Shown piece by piece: positions 59,070 through 64,000 of a stretch of DNA of 64,000 nucleotides. Both the position numbers and the translations under genes were made by a program. Below the pieces are notes generated by a model. That model saw only the letters and a list, made by a program, of their open reading frames with translations. It made no database searches and was not told the origin of the DNA. The stretch's first letter is position 1; every line of letters starts with the position of its first letter. The stretch comes from Candidatus Cloacimonadales bacterium (lineage in GTDB: Bacteria; Cloacimonadota; Cloacimonadia; Cloacimonadales; JAIOQZ01), in contig CAXXTU010000002.1 of assembly GCA_963662655.2 (NCBI GenBank), forward strand, positions 1,408,001-1,472,000, read 5' to 3'.

Positions 59070-60608
59070 ATGAAGCCAAGAATTCTGATTATCGATGACG
59101 AACCTGAAATTCGCGAACTTTACCGGAACTTTCTCGAGACCGAAGAATATGAGATACACGAAGCGCAAAACGGCCAGGAAGCCTTTCGAATGGCGGGAGA
59201 AAAAAGCTTCGACTTATACATAACAGACATTATGATGCCCGAGATGAACGGCGTCGACTTCATGAAAGTTCTCAAGATGATCGATCCCGACGCCGTCGTG
59301 ATCATCGTTACGGGCTACGACGATATGGAATACACGCGGGAGGCGCTGAATTACGGCGCTTTCCGTTTCCTCACCAAGCCCATCAACATGAAGGAGTTCC
59401 TCCAGGTTGTCGAACTCGGCTTGATTGAGAGACGCCAGTTGTTCCGCACAACAAACAACGAGAAGCTCAAACGCCTGAAAGACAAGCTGAACTCAAACCC
59501 CGACTTGCAGGAGAAAGTGTTCAACAAGCTGGAAGATTTTCTTCTCTACATCGAGCAGCAGGGCGCATCCTATATCGAAATGGGCGGCCATGGCTCGAAG
59601 GGACGTATATGGGCAAAAATCAAGAACCGTTTCTTGCCGTTCGAGGTCGAGCGCAGCTTCAATCAGGATGAGATCAACATCATGATTCTGAGCATCCTCA
59701 GCAAGGAAGAGCTAGATATGATGCTCAAAAACAAGTTCCTGAAATTCAACCATGAGTTCCAGGCGGATGATGTCCTGTATCGCTACCGCGTAAAGGCATA
59801 TTTCGAGCTCAACGAAATGGTTGTTTGTATCAAGCCCACACGGCGTGAAGTGATGCCGATGGAGAAACTCGCGCTTCCTTCAGCTTTCTTGAATCGAGTT
59901 TCCATGCGCAACGATAACGCCGGACTCGTCATTTTCACCGGCCCTACCGGCTCCGGCAAGAGCACCATGATCGACGCGCTGGTAAACTACAACAACGAGA
60001 ACGGTAACGGCAGCATATTCATCCTCTCCGATTCGATCGAGTACTACCATGACTCGATGAAGAGCCTCGTGAGGCAGCAGGAGATTCACAGCGACGTCAA
60101 CAGCCTTGTGGAAGGCTTGAAAAGCTGTCTGGATTACAATCCCGATCTGGTTGTCATCGAAGATATTCGGTACGCTGACGTAGCGGAAACTGTCTTCAAG
60201 CTGGTCGACTCCGGCAGCATGGTGTATGCCACCATGCGCAGCAAGTCAACCACGGAAGCGATCCAGAAGATACTCAACCTCTTCCCGGCCGGCGAGCAAG
60301 ATCAGTTGCGGGTATCGCTTTCAGGAGCGCTCAATTCGATTGTCTCCGTTCAACTCGTGCCCGGAACCAAGCAGCCGATGGTTCTTGCCAAGGAGGTGTT
60401 CATGAATACCTCGCAGACCAAGCAGGCCATCCAGAACAACAACATCAACGAACTCTATACATTGATCATGCAGGGACAAAAGAGCGGCATGCAGACCATG
60501 GAGCAAGACCTCTACGCCCTGTCCCGTAAGGGGCTGATCACCACGGAAGTCGCGCTCGAAAGCGCGCATAACCGCCAGCAGCTCCGTGAAATGCTTCAAT
60601 ACCGGTAG
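59070..60608 (+). CDS. Response-regulator receiver domain fused to a degenerate PilT/PilU-like ATPase
   Basis: REC: IIDDE, TDIMMP, TG, TKP; ATPase: GPTGSGKST, FPAGEQ, GMQTMEQ. Confidence 0.85.
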   Translation: MKPRILIIDDEPEIRELYRNFLETEEYEIHEAQNGQEAFRMAGEKSFDLYITDIMMPEMNGVDFMKVLKMIDPDAVVIIVTGYDDMEYTREALNYGAFRFLTKPINMKEFLQVVELGLIERRQLFRTTNNEKLKRLKDKLNSNPDLQEKVFNKLEDFLLYIEQQGASYIEMGGHGSKGRIWAKIKNRFLPFEVERSFNQDEINIMILSILSKEELDMMLKNKFLKFNHEFQADDVLYRYRVKAYFELNEMVVCIKPTRREVMPMEKLALPSAFLNRVSMRNDNAGLVIFTGPTGSGKSTMIDALVNYNNENGNGSIFILSDSIEYYHDSMKSLVRQQEIHSDVNSLVEGLKSCLDYNPDLVVIEDIRYADVAETVFKLVDSGSMVYATMRSKSTTEAIQKILNLFPAGEQDQLRVSLSGALNSIVSVQLVPGTKQPMVLAKEVFMNTSQTKQAIQNNNINELYTLIMQGQKSGMQTMEQDLYALSRKGLITTEVALESAHNRQQLREMLQYR

Positions 60609-60622
60609 GGGATTTGCGGACA

Positions 60623-61345
60623 ATGAAAGCAATCATCCTCGCTGCCGGTTACGGCAATCGCATCCATCCCGTTACCAAAGGGCTGCCAAAGAGCATGCTC
60701 CGCATGGGGAACCACTCCCTGCTGCACCACATGATCCGGGCATGCCAGCGAATCGGGATAACCCAGTTCGTCTTCGTCCTGGGATACGAGCAGGAGATGA
60801 TGGTGCAGCACATCGCCGAAGCGCTCGAATCCTACACTATCGTTCATAATGCCGATTACCGGAGCACGAACACGCTCTATTCACTCTGGCTTGCCAGGGA
60901 GCATTTCGATGAAGACTTCATCTATTTCAACGCCGATATCCTCTTCGATCCCAAAATGCTCGATCTCATCAAGGAGGATCACGGGTATCCCGAGCTCCTC
61001 CTCGAAACCAAGCGTTGCGCCGAAGAAGAAGTGAAGATGATCGTCGACGATCAAATGATTATTCTGGAGATCGGAAAGAAACTGGACCCGGCAGACTGCG
61101 CGGGGGAGTTCATCGGCATCGGGAAATTCACGCGAAACGTCCTGCCAGACTTTGCCGAGTGCCTGCAACAGGGCGTCGACGAGAAGCAGGAGCGGAATTA
61201 CTTCGAGTGGGCGGTTAACCTTCTGGCGAAGAAGCATCGCCTTGTCGCGATTCCCACGCAGGATTTCGCCTGCATCGAGATCGATTTCCCTGAGGACTAC
61301 GAGCGCGCCGTAAACGAAATTCTGCCTCGCATAACCGATTCGTAG
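60623..61345 (+). CDS. NTP-transferase, phosphocholine cytidylyltransferase-like family
   Basis: AIILAAGYGNR...PK, NAD, GEFIG, EIDFPED. Confidence 0.85.
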   Translation: MKAIILAAGYGNRIHPVTKGLPKSMLRMGNHSLLHHMIRACQRIGITQFVFVLGYEQEMMVQHIAEALESYTIVHNADYRSTNTLYSLWLAREHFDEDFIYFNADILFDPKMLDLIKEDHGYPELLLETKRCAEEEVKMIVDDQMIILEIGKKLDPADCAGEFIGIGKFTRNVLPDFAECLQQGVDEKQERNYFEWAVNLLAKKHRLVAIPTQDFACIEIDFPEDYERAVNEILPRITDS

Positions 61346-61348
61346 TCC

Positions 61349-62977
61349 ATGAACCTCTCCCTCATCGCGATCAACAGCCGGTTCACGCACTCGTGCCCGG
61401 CTCTATACTACTTGAAAGCAGCGGTTAGACACCTGCCCGTCCACGTAACGCTTCAGGAATTCACCATCCATCAGCAAGCAGTCGAGATGCTTGCGAAAAT
61501 CAAACACGCCCAGCCGGACGTTGTGGCCTGCTCGATTTACATCTGGAGCGCTGCGATCTTCAGAGAGCTGATCCCCGCGATTCAAGCCGTTCTGCCGGAT
61601 ACGCGGATGATACTGGGCGGACCGGAGGTCAGCGGGAATCCCGGATACTGGAGAACGCTCGCAGGTGACGATGCTTTCATCGTCACGGGATTCGGCGAAA
61701 GACCTTTCCGCGAGCTTGTGGAATCCCTATCTTCCGATGAGGCGAATCCGGCAAACATGAGCAAGAACCTCTTCGATCCAGAGCCCGACTTCGCGTCGCT
61801 GCCCTTCCTCTATTCGGAAAACGACATACAGGAGCTCAAGGGAAAATACATCTATTACGAAGCCAGCAGGGGCTGCCCGTTCCAATGCGCGTACTGCGTC
61901 TCCTCGCATCACAATCTGCAAAAGCGCGGTTTGGAAAAGGTTTTACCGGAACTGGCACGGTTTGCCGAGTATCAACCGTCCATCGTGAAGCTGGTCGATC
62001 GCTCCTTCAACGCGGACCCGGATTACGCGTACGCAATATGGGAATACCTGATCGAGTTGAACCCGCAAACCCGTTTCCACTTCGAAGTCTACCCCGCGCT
62101 ACTGCGCGAGAAGGATATCCGGCTCCTCGCAACCGCCCCCGATCACCTGTTCCAGTTCGAGATCGGCATCCAGTCGACCCACGACGAAATCCTGCGCGGC
62201 GTGAAGCGCTACGAATCCTGGGAGAAAGTACATCCGCTACTGGAGAGATTGATCGCCCCTGGCAACATCCACATCCATCTCGATATGCTCTGCGGCTTGC
62301 CGTTTCAAACCACCACACATATCCGAACGAGTTTCAACCGGATTTTCCAGCTTCGGGCCGACCACTTCCAGATGGGATTCCTTAAGGTACTTCCAGGTAC
62401 GAATGTTTTTGAGGATGAGAGCGATTTCGCGTGCTTCCGCGAGGCCCCGTACCACATTCTCAAGACCCGTTGGCTCTCGTTCGACGAGATATCCCAGCTC
62501 CTTCGCATTGCCCGATTACTCGACCTCTTTTGGAATAGCGAGAACTTCCAGACGACCGTCGGGGAACTGGTTTCCAGAGCTTCATCCCCGTTCGATTTCT
62601 TTGTCGAGCTCCTTGATTGGTGGGATCGGCAAAACATCTCCCTGCAAAGCGCTACATGGCAGGTGATGGGCAAGTATCTCGCGGCGTACATCGACGACGA
62701 TCCCTACCTCATCGATTGCCTGCGTTGGGACTGGTGCAAGATCGCCAACAGCCACTGGTTTCCCGAGTATTTACGCGCCCGGGAACTCGACAAGCGAGCG
62801 ATCATAGAAAAATTACATCGATTTTACAAAGAAATCCCTTTACAACAACTGAAGAAAGCTGTCATTTTCGAACCTGAAACTGAGGATTTCCGTCTGCGCG
62901 TGATGGACGGAAGAAGGTATGCCTGTTTTATTCCCGGAAGTACAGGTAAAATAACACGATTCCTCGATGACGAATGA
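61349..62977 (+). CDS. B12-binding radical SAM protein (DUF4080-like C-terminus)
   Basis: SIYIW, LGGPE, YEASRGCPFQCAYC, EIGIQS. Confidence 0.88.
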   Translation: MNLSLIAINSRFTHSCPALYYLKAAVRHLPVHVTLQEFTIHQQAVEMLAKIKHAQPDVVACSIYIWSAAIFRELIPAIQAVLPDTRMILGGPEVSGNPGYWRTLAGDDAFIVTGFGERPFRELVESLSSDEANPANMSKNLFDPEPDFASLPFLYSENDIQELKGKYIYYEASRGCPFQCAYCVSSHHNLQKRGLEKVLPELARFAEYQPSIVKLVDRSFNADPDYAYAIWEYLIELNPQTRFHFEVYPALLREKDIRLLATAPDHLFQFEIGIQSTHDEILRGVKRYESWEKVHPLLERLIAPGNIHIHLDMLCGLPFQTTTHIRTSFNRIFQLRADHFQMGFLKVLPGTNVFEDESDFACFREAPYHILKTRWLSFDEISQLLRIARLLDLFWNSENFQTTVGELVSRASSPFDFFVELLDWWDRQNISLQSATWQVMGKYLAAYIDDDPYLIDCLRWDWCKIANSHWFPEYLRARELDKRAIIEKLHRFYKEIPLQQLKKAVIFEPETEDFRLRVMDGRRYACFIPGSTGKITRFLDDE

Positions 62978-62983
62978 GGTACT

Positions 62984-63658
62984 ATGACCAAAGAAATAAC
63001 GTTTGCCGAAGAACTCCTGCTTCTTGCGATCAACGACGAGAAGGGCTCCTTCGTGGAGATGCCCTCCATGGCGCTGGAATACGCCCTTGCCGGAGCGATC
63101 CTGATGGACCTCGCTTTCCTGAACCGCATCGACACCGATCTGGAATTGCTGGAGGTTATCGATACAACGCCGACGCAGGATCGCGTTCTGGATGCGGTGC
63201 TTTCGAAGCTGACCAATCGCGAGAAGAGTGCCAAATGCTGGGTTCAGGAAATCGCCTGCAACTACGAGAATCTTAAGGATGTTCTACTGGATCGGCTGGT
63301 GGAGCGTGGCATACTGAAGCTCGAACACCACAAAATCCTCTGGGTGTTCTCCACGAGGCGCTACCCCATGATCGACAGTTCCCAGGAGACCGAAGTCCGC
63401 ACACGCATTCGTCATATCATCCTCACCGACGAAATCCCCGATCCCCGCGACGTGGTGATCATCAGCCTTGTCCAGGCCTGCGACCTGGTGGACGAGATAT
63501 TCGAGCCGAGTGAGCGCAAACAAGCCTATAAGCGCATCGTGCAAATCTCGAAGATGGACTTGATCGGCCAGGCAGTCAATCGGTCGGTGAAGGAGCTGAG
63601 CGAAATGCTTACCTCCACAACCTCCGCCGTCTCCGCCGTCAATCCGATCCGCGTATAG
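62984..63658 (+). CDS. GPP34/GOLPH3 family protein
   Basis: FAEELLLLA, LAGAILMDL, LVERGIL, RRYP. Confidence 0.82.
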   Translation: MTKEITFAEELLLLAINDEKGSFVEMPSMALEYALAGAILMDLAFLNRIDTDLELLEVIDTTPTQDRVLDAVLSKLTNREKSAKCWVQEIACNYENLKDVLLDRLVERGILKLEHHKILWVFSTRRYPMIDSSQETEVRTRIRHIILTDEIPDPRDVVIISLVQACDLVDEIFEPSERKQAYKRIVQISKMDLIGQAVNRSVKELSEMLTSTTSAVSAVNPIRV

Positions 63659-63764
63659 CACTTTGAACGAGCGCTATAGTTTCTCCTTCCTTCCACGAAT
63701 TCTTCTTGACTATTTTTAATCATATATATTACTCTTGAGCATATTGTATTTCATGGAGGGATTT

Positions 63765-64000
63765 ATGAAAGCTCAGTTCTTTATTTTGATCCTGATTCTG
63801 TTTCTCTCTCAACTCAACCTCTTCGCGGACGGCATCCAGCCGGACGGAGAGGGCACCGAAAACAATCCATACCTGGTAGCCTCGCTGGACAATCTTCTCT
63901 GGATCAGCACCAATCAAGATTGCTGGGCCTCTCATTTCTCGCAGACAGCGGACATCGATGCCTCCGAGACGCAAGCATGGAACGACTCGCTGGGATTCTC
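63765..64000 (+). CDS. Secreted protein, 5' part (GLUG-motif-type surface protein N-terminus)
   Basis: Manual translation MKAQFFILILILFLSQLNLFADGIQPDGEGTENNPYLVASLDNLLWI...QTADIDASET; GGAGG RBS. Confidence 0.75.
   Translation, partial: MKAQFFILILILFLSQLNLFADGIQPDGEGTENNPYLVASLDNLLWISTNQDCWASHFSQTADIDASETQAWNDSLGF

Noticed and set aside
63729..63974. Minus-strand 81-aa ORF
   Set aside because: Antisense to the secreted protein starting at 63765 on the + strand
1..64000. CRISPR array, prophage, transposase, rRNA or defence system
   Set aside because: No regularly spaced direct repeats or recognisable proteins of these classes were seen by eye

Overview
Bacterial chromosomal window, mostly housekeeping and envelope genes. 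Secreted proteins ending in an NYPNPFNP...KMLLLK FlgD-Ig-type domain, a GGGP synthase and the pilus gene set suggest an FCB-group anaerobe such as Cloacimonadota (inference, not a database result). Gene order: partial deoC, rlmN, PSP1/RicT, nucleotidyltransferase-like protein, GT2, PBP1A, Gx transporter, tRNA-Leu; ade, rlmD and sugar enzymes; rpsU-yqeY-cvpA-mutS2-dnaG-rpoD-tRNA(CAT); hybrid kinase; amino-acid ABC transporter; TPR protein; lipid genes; GGGP synthase operon; frameshifted rsmA; HD-GYP; type IV filament locus. No CRISPR, rRNA, integrase or transposase was seen. Main unexplained signals: (1) two diverged copies, in opposite orientation, of an intergenic four-way-junction element (47708-47829 and 53028-53193) that keep the same helix order and anchor sequences, show compensatory changes and have replaced arms; (2) a type IV filament operon with leaderless pilin-like proteins and a receiver domain fused to a degenerate PilT-like ATPase; (3) an ABC importer with three apparently circularly permuted binding domains and an ATPase carrying an RsbW-like tail.
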